Origin: an uncultured Actinomycetes bacterium
Lineage (GTDB): Bacteria; Actinomycetota; UBA4738; HRBIN12
Length of the DNA: 64,000 bases
Direction: 5' to 3'
Assembly: GCA_963775755.1 (NCBI GenBank)
Contig: CAVZKB010000015.1
Coordinates: forward strand, 131,127-195,126
A program made the position numbers and the translations under genes. Below, piece by piece: positions 27,562 to 37,774 of this stretch. Numbering within the stretch: position 1 is the stretch's first letter; every line of letters starts with the position of its first letter. The notes beneath the pieces were generated by a model. The model was given only the letters and a program-made list of their open reading frames with translations, searched no databases and was not told the DNA's origin.

Positions 27562-28056
27562 GTGACGCGCCACGGCCGCTCGGCGGGCATGCTCTTCACC
27601 GTCGCGAGCGTGATCTGGGCTCTCGATCGACTGAGCAAGCTCTGGGTAGAGCACACGCTGGCCGGTCGTCCGCCGGTCACCGTGATCCCCGGCCTGCTCG
27701 ACCTGCGGTTCACGACGAACCCCGGTGGCGCCTTCAGCTTGGGGCCGAAGACCCCGTGGCTCTTCGTGGGGGCGTCGGTCCTGGTCTCGGTGGCGATCGT
27801 CGTGACCGCGTTCCGCCACACGAACGTCGTCACGTCGCTCGCCCTGGGACTCATCCTCGGCGGCGCCACCGGCAACCTCACGGATCGCATCGTGCGCGGC
27901 CCCGGCCTGTCCGGGCACGTGGTCGATTTCGTTGACGTCCACCTCTGGCCGGTGTTCAACCTGGCGGATTCCGCGATCGTGGTCGGCGCCGTGCTCCTGG
28001 CGATCTCCTCGTTCGCGGCCGATCGCGAGGGCGAGCCTTCACACGATGCCGGCTGA
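27562..28056 (+). CDS. lspA: Lipoprotein signal peptidase II
   Basis: 164 aa with four TM helices and LspA motifs (FTTNPGGAFS, VVDFVDVHLWPVFNLADSAI). Confidence 0.85.
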   Translation: MTRHGRSAGMLFTVASVIWALDRLSKLWVEHTLAGRPPVTVIPGLLDLRFTTNPGGAFSLGPKTPWLFVGASVLVSVAIVVTAFRHTNVVTSLALGLILGGATGNLTDRIVRGPGLSGHVVDFVDVHLWPVFNLADSAIVVGAVLLAISSFAADREGEPSHDAG

Positions 28057-28975
28057 GCGATTCGTCGGCGAGCCGGGACGGCTGGACGCCGTCCTCAGCC
28101 GGATGTCGAGGCTCACCCGCGCGGACGTGCAGCGCGCGATCGCGTCGGGCCTCGTCACGGTCGACGGCGTCGTGCGGAACAAGTCGTTCGCGCTCGCCGG
28201 GGGCGAGACCCTGGAGATCGTGGTGGAGCCCGAGCCGCCCCTCGAACCGGAGGGACCGCCGGTACCGGTCCGGTTCGAGGACGCCCATCTGCTGGTGATC
28301 GCCAAGCCGCCGGGGCTCGTCACGCATCCCACCGAGCGGCGCCGTTCGGGCACCCTGGTGAACCGGCTGCTCGGCATGGGCGTCCACTTGTCGGCGGCCG
28401 GCGGCCCGCTGCGCCCCGGGATCGTGCACCGCCTCGACGCGGGGACCTCGGGCCTGATGGTGGTGGCGAAGGACGATGGGACCCACGATGCGCTGGTCGC
28501 CATGTTCCGACGCCATGCTGTCGAGCGGCGGTACCTCGCCCTCGTCCGCGGACGGGTCGAGCACGACACGTTCGCGGTGGACGCGGCGCTCGGGCGGCAC
28601 GCGGCCCGGGTGGTGCTGGATGCGACGGGGGGCCGGCCCGCGGAGACGCGGTTCGAGGTCCTCGAGCGGCCGGGTTCCATGACCCTGCTCGATGCGGCGC
28701 CGCGGACCGGCCGCACCCATCAGATCCGGGTGCACCTGGCGTCGATCGGCCACCCGATCCTGGGGGATCGCGTCTACGGCGGGGCGGGGGACGACGCGCG
28801 ACGCTTGGGGCTCACGCGGCCGTTCCTGCACTCGTGGCGCATCGCGTTCGATCATCCCAACACCGGTGAGCGGGTCGAACTCGAGGAACCGCTCCCGGAG
28901 GATCTGGCATCGGCGCTTCGGCGCGCTGGGTCCGCGAACGACCTCGCGACGAGCCGTCGCGACCTGCAGCCTTGA
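28046..28975 (+). CDS. RluA-family 23S rRNA pseudouridine synthase (RluD-like)
   Basis: ORF 27932..28975 trimmed to the ATG at 28046 (MPAERFVGEPGRLDAVL...). S4 domain followed by the catalytic motif HRLDAGTSGLMVVAK. Overlaps the lspA 3' end. Confidence 0.85.
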   Translation: MPAERFVGEPGRLDAVLSRMSRLTRADVQRAIASGLVTVDGVVRNKSFALAGGETLEIVVEPEPPLEPEGPPVPVRFEDAHLLVIAKPPGLVTHPTERRRSGTLVNRLLGMGVHLSAAGGPLRPGIVHRLDAGTSGLMVVAKDDGTHDALVAMFRRHAVERRYLALVRGRVEHDTFAVDAALGRHAARVVLDATGGRPAETRFEVLERPGSMTLLDAAPRTGRTHQIRVHLASIGHPILGDRVYGGAGDDARRLGLTRPFLHSWRIAFDHPNTGERVELEEPLPEDLASALRRAGSANDLATSRRDLQP

Positions 28976-29030
28976 CGGCCCCCGGGGGCGGGCGTACCTT
29001 GAGGCTCCCGCGGAATCACACGGGTGTAAG

Positions 29031-29063
29031 TTATCCACATCCCGCTGAACGGCGTGTGGAAAA
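29031..29063. promoter_or_regulatory. DnaA-box-like motifs upstream of dnaE
   Basis: TTATCCACA at 29031-29039 is a perfect E. coli-type DnaA box. TGTGGAAAA at 29055-29063 is the reverse complement of TTTTCCACA, one mismatch from the box and in inverted orientation. Both lie 30-60 bp upstream of the dnaE start, with SD GCAGGAGG at 29072-29079. Confidence 0.3.
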
Positions 29064-29093
29064 CGACCGCTGCAGGAGGCCTGACCAGCGCAG

Positions 29094-32000
29094 ATGACCG
29101 CCGAGCCGAGCTTCGTTCACCTCCACGTCCACTCCGAGTACTCACTGCTCGACGGCGCCGCGCGCATCGAGGCCCCGAAGTTTCATCCGGACGCTCCGAC
29201 CATCTTCACCGAGGCGGCCCGCCACGGCATGACGGCGGTGGCCGTGACGGATCACGGGGCCATGTTCGGGGCACTCCGGTTCTTCGAGGCCGGTCGCTCC
29301 GCCGGGATCAAGCCGATCATCGGCGTCGAGGCCTACGTGGCGCCGGGATCGCGGTTCGAGCGGAACCCCGGCGAGAACGAGGAGAAGTACCACCATCTCA
29401 CGCTCCTCGCCGAGAACGAGACGGGCTACCGGAACCTGCTGAAGCTCGTGTCCGCCGCCTACCTGGAGGGGTTCTACCACCGCCCCCGGATGGACAAGGA
29501 CCTGCTCGCGGAGCACGCCGAAGGCATCGTCTGCCTGTCGGGCTGCCTGTCGAGCGAGCTATCGACGATGCTGCTCGCCGGCCAGGATCGACGTGCCGAG
29601 GAGGCGGCCGGGCAGTACCGCGACATCTTCGGCCCCGACCGGTTCTTCGTGGAGCTGCAGGATCACGGCATCCCCGATCAGCGCCGGATCCTGCCCAAAC
29701 AGATCGCGCTCGCCCGCTCGCTCGGTATCCCGCTCGTCGCGACGAACGACCTCCACTACACCGTGAAGGAGGATGCGAAGCCGCACGACGTGCTGCTCTG
29801 CATCCAGCAACAGAAACTCCAGAGCGACCCGAAGCGGCTGAAGTTCGACTCGGAGGAGTTCTACCTGAAGAGCCCGCAGGAGATGCGGCGCGTCTTCCAC
29901 GAGTTGCCGGAGGCCTGCGACAACACGCTGCTCATCGCGGAGCGGGTGGAGCTCGACCTGGTGTACGGGGCCCGGGCGCCGGCCGATCAGCGGTTCCACC
30001 TGCCGCGGTTCGAGACGCCGGACGGGAAGGACCTCGAGGGCTATCTCCGCGAGCTGGTCTACGAAGGCGCGCCGGCGCGCTACCCGGCGCTCACGGACGA
30101 CATCCGCCGGCGCATCGACGACGAGCTCGACGTCATCACGCAGATGGGCTTCGCCGGCTACTTCCTGATCGTCTGGGACCTGATCCGGTTCGCGCGGGAG
30201 AGCGGGATCCGCGTGGGACCCGGGCGTGGCTCGGCGGCGGGCTCCGTGGTGTCGTACTGCCTGCGGATCACCGACCTCGACCCGCTGCGCTACGGCCTGA
30301 TCTTCGAGCGGTTCCTGAACCCTGCCCGCCGTTCGATGCCGGACATCGACATGGACTTCGACGAGCGTCGCAGGGACGAGGTGATCCGTTACGCCACGGA
30401 GCGGTACGGGTCCGACCACGTCGCGCAGATCATCACGTTCCAGACGATCAAGGGGAAGCAGGGCATCCGCGACGCCGCGCGCGTGCTGGGGTTCCCGCCG
30501 GTGGTCGGCGACCGGCTCTGCAAGATGTACCCGCCGACCGTGATGGGCCGCGACTTCCCGATCGAGGACGCGCTGAAGGAATCGCCCGAGTTCCGTGAAG
30601 CCTATGAGAAGGAGCCCGAGGCGAAGGAGATCGTCGACACCGCCCGCGCGCTCGAGGGCCTGCGCCGCGAAGACTCGGTGCACGCGGCCGGCGTCGTGAT
30701 CGGCGACGCGCCGCTCGTCAACTACTTGCCGCTGAAGCTCTCGAAGGACTCCCGCGACGATTCCAAACGCGTCGTCACGCAGTTCGATATGGTCGGCGTC
30801 GAGGCTCTCGGTCTGCTGAAGATGGACTTCCTCGGATTGCGGACGCTCTCCGTGATCGACGACACGGTCCGGCACCTCCGCGCGCGGGGCGTCGAGTTGG
30901 ACATCGACCACATCCCGCTGGACGACGCCTCGACGTACACCATGCTGCAGAACGCGGACACGACCGGGGTCTTCCAGATGGAGTCGGCGGGGATGCGTTC
31001 GTTGATCAAGACGCTCGCGCCCGACCGGTTCGAGGACATGATGGCGCTCGTCGCCCTGTACCGACCGGGTCCGTTGAACCAAGGGATGCACACCGAGTAC
31101 GCGGAACGCAAACACGCGCGGCGCAAGGTGACGTACCCGCATCCGGACCTGGAGGAGATCCTCTCCACGACGTACGGCGTGATGGTCTATCAGGAGCAGA
31201 TCATGCAGATCGCCGTGCGCGCTGCGGGCTACTCCATGGGACAGGCCGACGACCTGCGGCGCGTCATGGCCAAGAAGAAGCGCGAGCTGATCGGTGCGGA
31301 GCGAGAGAAGTTCCTGGCGGGCTGTCTTGCCGCCGGACATCCGGATCGCCTGGCGAAGGAGCTGTTCGACCTCATCGAGCCGTTCGCCGACTACGGATTC
31401 CCGGCCGCGCACGCGTGCGCGTACGGCTACGTCGCGTATCAGACCGCGTACCTGAAAGCCCACCATCCGGTCGAGTTCATGTCGGCGATGCTCACGAGCG
31501 TCAAGGACGACAAAGACCGCAAGCCCTTCTACCTGAACGCCTGCCGCTTGATGGGCATCGAGGTCTTGCCGCCCGACGTGAACGAGTCCGAGAACGACTT
31601 CGCGCCCGCCGCCGGGATGGAGGGGGCCATCCGCTACGGGTTGTCGGCCGTGCGGAACGTGGGGGAGGGCGCCGTCGGCCAGATCATCGACGCGCGTCGG
31701 GCGAAGGGGGTGTTCGGGTCGTTCGGCGACTTCTGCCGCAAGGTGGAGCCGTCCGTGCTCACGAAGCGCGTGCTCGAGAGCATGATCTTCGCGGGTGCGT
31801 TCGACTCGCTCGGGTACGCGCGACGAGCGCTGATCGAGAACCAGGACAAGGTGTCGGGTCCCATCCTCGCCGAACGCAAGGCCGAGGCCGCGGGCCAGTT
31901 CTCCTTGTTCGGCGGCGATTCGGGCGTCACCGAGGTGGACGAGTCGGTGCTCGACGGCGAGGAGTTCGACAAGCGCACGTTGCTCCGCGAGGAGAAGGAG

Positions 32001-32618
32001 GTCCTCGGGCAGTTCGTCACGGATCATCCGCTCCTCGGCGTGCAGGACCTGCTCGCGGCGCAGACCACGAACGAGATCGGCGACCTCGAGTCGCTCGGCG
32101 ACGGTGACCTCGTGACGATCGGCGGCATCATCGGCTCGGTCCAACGCAAGTACACGAAACGCAGCGAGCCCTACGCGCAGTTCCGGCTGGAGGGGCTGGC
32201 CGGCGGCACGCAGGTGATCGCGTTCCCGTCCGTGTACGAAGCGGTTCCCGGGCTGATCGAAGCCGATCGCATCGTGCTGGTCAGCGGACGCATCGACCTG
32301 CGCGGGCGGGAGCTACAGATCCGCGCGAACGAGATCCGGGAGCCCAACCTGGGTCTCGCCACGCCGAACCAACCCTCGCGACACCTCGAGGTCGATCTGC
32401 CGGCAGAGGCGTGCACGGCCGCCGTCCTCACGAAGGTGAAGGAGCTGCTGGAATCCCACCCGGGCAGCGCGCCGGTGCAGGTGCGGCTCCGCTCGTCCAA
32501 CGGCGTCACGCCGGTCGAGGTCGGGAGCGTCCGTGTCGACCCGACGGGGGCGTTGCTCGGCGAGCTCCACACGCTGCTCGGCGTGGGAGCTGCGCGCGTC
32601 GGCGACGACGCTCCGTAG
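29094..32618 (+). CDS. dnaE: DNA polymerase III alpha subunit
   Basis: 1174 aa. PHP domain (FVHLHVHSEYSLLDGA), polymerase core and OB-fold. Unambiguous. Confidence 0.95.
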   Translation: MTAEPSFVHLHVHSEYSLLDGAARIEAPKFHPDAPTIFTEAARHGMTAVAVTDHGAMFGALRFFEAGRSAGIKPIIGVEAYVAPGSRFERNPGENEEKYHHLTLLAENETGYRNLLKLVSAAYLEGFYHRPRMDKDLLAEHAEGIVCLSGCLSSELSTMLLAGQDRRAEEAAGQYRDIFGPDRFFVELQDHGIPDQRRILPKQIALARSLGIPLVATNDLHYTVKEDAKPHDVLLCIQQQKLQSDPKRLKFDSEEFYLKSPQEMRRVFHELPEACDNTLLIAERVELDLVYGARAPADQRFHLPRFETPDGKDLEGYLRELVYEGAPARYPALTDDIRRRIDDELDVITQMGFAGYFLIVWDLIRFARESGIRVGPGRGSAAGSVVSYCLRITDLDPLRYGLIFERFLNPARRSMPDIDMDFDERRRDEVIRYATERYGSDHVAQIITFQTIKGKQGIRDAARVLGFPPVVGDRLCKMYPPTVMGRDFPIEDALKESPEFREAYEKEPEAKEIVDTARALEGLRREDSVHAAGVVIGDAPLVNYLPLKLSKDSRDDSKRVVTQFDMVGVEALGLLKMDFLGLRTLSVIDDTVRHLRARGVELDIDHIPLDDASTYTMLQNADTTGVFQMESAGMRSLIKTLAPDRFEDMMALVALYRPGPLNQGMHTEYAERKHARRKVTYPHPDLEEILSTTYGVMVYQEQIMQIAVRAAGYSMGQADDLRRVMAKKKRELIGAEREKFLAGCLAAGHPDRLAKELFDLIEPFADYGFPAAHACAYGYVAYQTAYLKAHHPVEFMSAMLTSVKDDKDRKPFYLNACRLMGIEVLPPDVNESENDFAPAAGMEGAIRYGLSAVRNVGEGAVGQIIDARRAKGVFGSFGDFCRKVEPSVLTKRVLESMIFAGAFDSLGYARRALIENQDKVSGPILAERKAEAAGQFSLFGGDSGVTEVDESVLDGEEFDKRTLLREEKEVLGQFVTDHPLLGVQDLLAAQTTNEIGDLESLGDGDLVTIGGIIGSVQRKYTKRSEPYAQFRLEGLAGGTQVIAFPSVYEAVPGLIEADRIVLVSGRIDLRGRELQIRANEIREPNLGLATPNQPSRHLEVDLPAEACTAAVLTKVKELLESHPGSAPVQVRLRSSNGVTPVEVGSVRVDPTGALLGELHTLLGVGAARVGDDAP

Positions 32619-32659
32619 ATATCGGCAAGACGGCCGGCGCGGGCCGGTAGGGTTCGAGC

Positions 32660-33376
32660 GTGACGTTCCAGGTGATCCCCGCGATCGATGTGGCCGGCGG
32701 GCGGCTCGCCCGGCTGACCTCGGACGGCCCGGTCGCGGTCGAGGCGTACGACGGCGATCCGATCGTAGCGGCGAGCGCGTGTCTCGAGGCCGGTGCCACG
32801 TTTCTGCATGTGGTCGACATGGATCTGGCGTTCTCGGGCGAGGCCCGCAATGCTGGCGTCCTGCGCTCGATAGCCTCACTCGGCGCACGTGTCCAGGCGG
32901 CCGGAGCGGTCGTGGAGGACCGGGAGATCGCCGGCATGCTCGATGCGGGGAGCGAACGCGTGGTCATGGGATCCGCGGCGCTCGAGGATCTCGCCGAAGC
33001 CCGCCGCATGATCGAGCGTTACGGGGAACGGCTGGTCGTGGGGATCGAGGTCGATACCGATCGGATCCGTGCACGCGGGCGCCGGGCCACCGACCTTCCG
33101 CTCCACGAGACGTTGTCGGCCGTCCACGCCGCGGGAGCCGCGCGGTGCCTGATCACCGGGGTCGCGCGCGTGTCGTCCCTCACCGGTCCCGATGTGCACG
33201 CGCTCGCGATGGCCGTGGAACTCGGATTGCCGGCGATCGTCGCGGGCGGGATCGCCTCGATCGACGACCTGGTGACCCTGAAGGACGGTGGCGCCGAGGC
33301 CGCGGTCGTGGGTCGCGCGGCGCTCGAGGGCCGGCTTGACCTGGGCTCGGCGATCGCGTCCGTCACCGCACGGTGA
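32660..33376 (+). CDS. priA: Phosphoribosyl isomerase A (bifunctional HisA/TrpF, PriA-type)
   Basis: 238 aa (beta/alpha)8 barrel HisA family (IPAIDVAGGRLARL...). GTG start. Sits directly upstream of trpC with no separate trpF, as in other actinobacteria. Confidence 0.85.
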   Translation: MTFQVIPAIDVAGGRLARLTSDGPVAVEAYDGDPIVAASACLEAGATFLHVVDMDLAFSGEARNAGVLRSIASLGARVQAAGAVVEDREIAGMLDAGSERVVMGSAALEDLAEARRMIERYGERLVVGIEVDTDRIRARGRRATDLPLHETLSAVHAAGAARCLITGVARVSSLTGPDVHALAMAVELGLPAIVAGGIASIDDLVTLKDGGAEAAVVGRAALEGRLDLGSAIASVTAR

Positions 33377-33407
33377 TCGCGTGCTCGCCCACTAGACTCG
33401 ATCGCCC

Positions 33408-34187
33408 ATGGGCTTCCTCACCGATCTGGTCGCCGGGCGACGGCGCGAGCTGGAGCGCCATCCGCTGGACGACTCGACGTTGCTGGCGCGCGCGATGGCG
33501 ATGCCTCCCGCGCGAGACTTCGCGGGCGCACTCCGCGCTCGGGCCGACCGACCGGCGGTGATCGCCGAGGTCAAGCGGGCATCGCCTTCGGCGGGGCCGA
33601 TCGCCGATCGCGACCCCGCCGAGCAGGCGCGCGCCTATGCGTCCGCGGGCGCGGCGGCGATCTCGGTGCTGACGGAGCACGCACACTTCCACGGCTCGCT
33701 CGCGGACCTGCGAGCAGCGCGCATGGCCTGCGATCTGCCGGTGCTGCGCAAGGACTTCCTGATCCATCCGTCCGAGCTGATCGAGTCTCGTGCCTCCGGA
33801 GCGGATGCCGTCCTCCTGATCGCCGCGTGCCTCTCGTCGAACGAGCTCGTCGCCATGCTCTCCATCGCGCGCGATCTGGGGCTGGGCGCGCTCGTCGAGA
33901 CGCACTCCGATCCGGATCTGGAGAAGGTGCTCGCGACGGATGCGGAGGTGGTGGGCGTCAACGCGCGCGATCTGGAGACCCTCGATGTCGACGCCGACCG
34001 GGCCCTGGCGCATCTGGCGAGGATCCCCGACGGCCGGCTGGGCGTCATGGAGAGCGGGATCGCCACGCGCGCGCAGGTCGTAGCGGCCGTGGATGCCGGC
34101 GCGTCTGCCATCCTTGTGGGCGAAGCATTGATGCGCGCCGACGATCCGGGGGCCAAATTGCGAGAGCTCCTGGGAGAGGAGACCTGA
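33408..34187 (+). CDS. trpC: Indole-3-glycerol phosphate synthase
   Basis: 259 aa with TrpC motifs ([21 protein letters not shown], ...[11 protein letters not shown]). Confidence 0.9.
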   Translation: MGFLTDLVAGRRRELERHPLDDSTLLARAMAMPPARDFAGALRARADRPAVIAEVKRASPSAGPIADRDPAEQARAYASAGAAAISVLTEHAHFHGSLADLRAARMACDLPVLRKDFLIHPSELIESRASGADAVLLIAACLSSNELVAMLSIARDLGLGALVETHSDPDLEKVLATDAEVVGVNARDLETLDVDADRALAHLARIPDGRLGVMESGIATRAQVVAAVDAGASAILVGEALMRADDPGAKLRELLGEET

Positions 34188-34189
34188 CG

Positions 34190-35401
34190 ATGAGCGCGGT
34201 GGCCGAACGGACGACGCCTTCCGTCCCCGACGAGCACGGCCGGTTCGGCACGTACGGCGGGCGATACGTCCCCGAGGTGCTGATCCCGGCGCTCGACGAG
34301 CTCGCGCAGGCATGGTCGGAGCTCCGCGACGACCCGGGGTTCCGCACCGAGCTCGGGGATCTTCTCCGTGACTTCGTCGGTCGTCCGACACCGATCACGC
34401 ATGCGCGGCGTCTCTCCGAGGAGCTCGGCTACGAGATCTGGCTGAAGCGCGAGGACCTGGCGCACACCGGCGCACACAAGATCAACAACGCGCTGGGTCA
34501 GGCGCTCGTGGCGAAGCGGCTCGGCAAGCGACGCATCATCGCGGAGACGGGTGCCGGCCAGCACGGCGTCGCCGCCGCCACGGCGAGCGCGCTCCTCGGC
34601 CTCCCGTGCGTCGTGTACATGGGCGAGGAAGACACCCACCGTCAGGCGCCGAACGTGGCGCGGATGAAGCTGCTCGGCGCCGAGGTGGTGCCGGTCATGG
34701 CCGGCACGCGCACGCTGAAGGAAGCGGTGAACGAGGCGCTCCGGGACTGGGCCGCGAGCGTTCGCGACACGCACTACATCATCGGTTCGGTCGTCGGACC
34801 CCATCCGTTCCCGGTGTTCGTGCGCGACCTGCAACGGGTGATCGGCGACGAGGCCCGCGCGCAATATGCCGAGCGGCTCGGCCGCGATCCCGACGTCGTC
34901 GTGGCGTGCGTGGGCGGCGGCAGCAACGCCATCGGCATGTTCACGGCGTTCGTCGGCGCCCCGGGGGTCCGGCTGATCGGAGTCGAGGCCGGCGGGCGCG
35001 GCTCACAGCTCGGAGACCACTGTTCCTCGATCACGCAAGGTCAGCCTGGGATCCTGCACGGCGCTCTCAGCTACCTGCTCCAGGACGCGGAGGGTCAGGT
35101 TGCCGACACGCATTCGATCTCGGCCGGGCTCGACTATCCGGGCGTCGGCCCCGAGCATGCCTACCTGCAGGACGAGGGACTGGCCGGATACGTCTCGGCC
35201 ACCGACGCGCAGGCGCTCGACGGCTTCCAGGCGTTGGCCAGGACCGAGGGCATACTGCCGGCGCTCGAGCCGTCGCACGTGATCGGGTGGCTCCTCACGC
35301 GGCCGCTTCCGCCGGGCTCGAACGTGCTCGTCTGTCTATCGGGTAGGGGCGACAAGGACCTCGACACCATCCTGGCCGCGCTCGGTATGGCGGATGCCTG
35401 A
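34190..35401 (+). CDS. trpB: Tryptophan synthase beta chain
   Basis: ORF 33827..35401 trimmed to the ATG at 34190 ([29 protein letters not shown]...). PLP motif [21 protein letters not shown] upstream. Confidence 0.9.
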   Translation: MSAVAERTTPSVPDEHGRFGTYGGRYVPEVLIPALDELAQAWSELRDDPGFRTELGDLLRDFVGRPTPITHARRLSEELGYEIWLKREDLAHTGAHKINNALGQALVAKRLGKRRIIAETGAGQHGVAAATASALLGLPCVVYMGEEDTHRQAPNVARMKLLGAEVVPVMAGTRTLKEAVNEALRDWAASVRDTHYIIGSVVGPHPFPVFVRDLQRVIGDEARAQYAERLGRDPDVVVACVGGGSNAIGMFTAFVGAPGVRLIGVEAGGRGSQLGDHCSSITQGQPGILHGALSYLLQDAEGQVADTHSISAGLDYPGVGPEHAYLQDEGLAGYVSATDAQALDGFQALARTEGILPALEPSHVIGWLLTRPLPPGSNVLVCLSGRGDKDLDTILAALGMADA

Positions 35402-36167
35402 CCTCGAGGGTTCGCTGCGGGCCCGGCGCGACGGCGGTGGCCGTTCGTTCGTCCCGTACGTGACCGGTGGGTTCCCCGGCGTCGACGCTTCGCTCCTTCG
35501 GGCGCTGCAGGACGCCGGCGCAGACGCCGTGGAGGTGGGGATCCCGTTCTCGGACCCCGTGATGGACGGCGGCGTGATCCAGGAGGCATCGCGGCTGGCG
35601 TTGGCGGCGGGAGCCCGCCCGTCGTCGATCCTGGAGACGATCGCCGAGGCGTCGCTGCGGGTGCCGGTCGCCGTCATGACGTACGTGAACCCCATCTACC
35701 GACACGGGTTCGAGGCGTTCCTGGATGAAGCGGAGCGTGCCGGGGTGGCGGGGGCCATCGTCCCGGACCTCCCGGTCGACGAGGCGGGCGATTGGATGAC
35801 CGCGTGTGCGGCTCACGGGCTCGCCTCCGTGCTCCTGGCCGCACCGGGGACCGCGCCGGATCGGCTGGCACGGATCGCGGAGGCATCGAGCGGCTTCCTC
35901 TATTGCGTGGCCACGTACGGCGTCACCGGCATCCGGGCCGAGCTGGACGCGACCGCCCGCGAGCTGATCGAGCGACTCCGCCCACTCACGGATCTCCCAC
36001 TGGTGCTGGGAGTGGGGGTGGGGTCGCCGCCGCAGGCCGCGGAGGTTGCGACGTTCGCCGACGGTGCCGTCGTGGGGACGGCCCTGATGGCCAAGTTGCT
36101 CGAAGGCGACCGTGAGGGAATGGTGGCGCTCGCTGCGGAATTCCGGGCGGCGTTGCCCGTCGCGTGA
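35394..36167 (+). CDS. trpA: Tryptophan synthase alpha chain
   Basis: 257 aa TrpA family (YVTGGFPG...[14 protein letters not shown]...[13 protein letters not shown]). Overlaps the trpB 3' end. Confidence 0.9.
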   Translation: MPDLEGSLRARRDGGGRSFVPYVTGGFPGVDASLLRALQDAGADAVEVGIPFSDPVMDGGVIQEASRLALAAGARPSSILETIAEASLRVPVAVMTYVNPIYRHGFEAFLDEAERAGVAGAIVPDLPVDEAGDWMTACAAHGLASVLLAAPGTAPDRLARIAEASSGFLYCVATYGVTGIRAELDATARELIERLRPLTDLPLVLGVGVGSPPQAAEVATFADGAVVGTALMAKLLEGDREGMVALAAEFRAALPVA

Positions 36168-36339
36168 ACCCTCGCCCCGAGCTCTAACCCATCCCATGGG
36201 GCGGCCGGTTCCGTATCGCAGGGTGACCGGAACGTGGTGCGCTTCGCACCGACCGGAGGGTTGGCCTGGGGGTGCGTTCTGTGGTACCAACCACCATCCG
36301 AGGGCGATCGTCCGCGGGGAAGGCACGAAAGGGGGCTTC

Positions 36340-37677
36340 ATGAAGCAACGCCGGATACTTCGGCTATTCGCGCTCGTGGGCGTGCTCGCGCTCGTCGGGG
36401 CGGCATGTTCGAAGAACAACAACACGACAGGCGACAGCAGTGGCGGCTCTGGCGCCACGGGCGGCGGGGTCGACTGCAACACGGTCGAGTTCGGCTGCGT
36501 GCAGGTGGCCGCAGGCGCGCCGATCAAGGTCGGCACGCTGCTCGCGATCAGCGGCGACGTCGCGTCGCTGGGGCAGGACAGCCAGAACGGCGCGACGCTC
36601 GCGATCGACTACCTGGACGGCAAGCTCGATGGGAACCTCGACGGCGAGGTGGACGGCCACACGGTCGTGCTCTCGAACGAGGACGATCTCTGTTCGGCCG
36701 ACGGTGGACAGGCAGGCGCCACGGCGCTCGCCGCCGACCCGGACATCGCTGCGGTGATCGGGACGAGCTGCTCCAGCGCCGCGCTCGGGGTGGCCGACAA
36801 GATCCTGTCCGACAAGGGGGTCTTGTTGATCTCTCCGTCGAACACGAACCCCGCGCTCACGGGTGAGGGGACGCACCAGCCGTTCTACCTGCGCACCGCC
36901 CACAACGACAAGATCCAGGGCGCGATCGTGTCCGACTTCGTCTACACGGAGAAGGGGATCACGACGGCGGCGACGATCAACGACGAGAGCCCGTACGCAG
37001 ACGGACTGGCGGAAGCGTTCCGCAACAACTTCGAGGCGTCGGGCGGCTCGATCACATCGGTCGAGGCGATCAACAGCGGCGATACCGACTTCAAGCCGCT
37101 GCTGACCAGCATCGCCCAGAAGAACCCGGGGGCCTTGTACTTCCCGGACTTCAACCCGGCGTGCGCCCTGATCGCGAAGCAGGCGGCGGACATCATGCCT
37201 GACACCCTGCTGATCGGTTCTGACGGCTGCCTCGCGAGTGACTTCCTGTCGACGGCGGGCGCGGCGGCAAACGGCGTGTTCGCGTCCTCACCGGACCTCT
37301 CGGTCTTCGCGAACGGCGACTTCTACAAGAACGAGTTCCTGCCGGCGTACAAGACGGAGTTCGGCACGGCTCCGACCTCCGTGTTCCACGCGCACGCCTT
37401 CGACGCCATGAACATCCTGTTCGAGGCGATCAAGACGGCGGCGATCCAGAACAGCGACGGGTCGCTCACGATCCCGCGTCAGGCGTTGCGTGACGCGATA
37501 TTCGCGACCAGCGGCTGGAAAGGCATCACGGGCACGATCACCTGTACCGAGTTGGGTGACTGCGCCACCGATGTGACGATCGGGATCTTCGAGGCTCCGG
37601 GTTGGCCCGTCGAGGGCGGCTCGGGGAACCAGGACCCGGTCTTCAGCGAGACCAAGACGCTGTCCGAGGTCCTCTAG
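36340..37677 (+). CDS. Branched-chain amino-acid ABC transporter substrate-binding lipoprotein (LivK/Peripla_BP_6 type)
   Basis: ORF 36112..37677 trimmed to the ATG at 36340 (MKQRRILRLFALVGVLALVGAACS). Lipobox LVGAAC. SD GAAAGGGGG. Type I periplasmic-binding fold. Confidence 0.85.
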   Translation: MKQRRILRLFALVGVLALVGAACSKNNNTTGDSSGGSGATGGGVDCNTVEFGCVQVAAGAPIKVGTLLAISGDVASLGQDSQNGATLAIDYLDGKLDGNLDGEVDGHTVVLSNEDDLCSADGGQAGATALAADPDIAAVIGTSCSSAALGVADKILSDKGVLLISPSNTNPALTGEGTHQPFYLRTAHNDKIQGAIVSDFVYTEKGITTAATINDESPYADGLAEAFRNNFEASGGSITSVEAINSGDTDFKPLLTSIAQKNPGALYFPDFNPACALIAKQAADIMPDTLLIGSDGCLASDFLSTAGAAANGVFASSPDLSVFANGDFYKNEFLPAYKTEFGTAPTSVFHAHAFDAMNILFEAIKTAAIQNSDGSLTIPRQALRDAIFATSGWKGITGTITCTELGDCATDVTIGIFEAPGWPVEGGSGNQDPVFSETKTLSEVL

Positions 37678-37774
37678 GAACCGGGGAGCCTGGCAGGACC
37701 AGAGCGCACGAGAGCCGCGGGCGAGCGATCGCTCGCCCGCGGCTCCGTACGCAGGGGCGGCGTAGGGGGACTCC

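Noticed and set aside
29559-32144. 861-aa minus-strand ORF antisense to dnaE
   Set aside because: Antisense shadow of DNA polymerase III alpha. No domain signatures.
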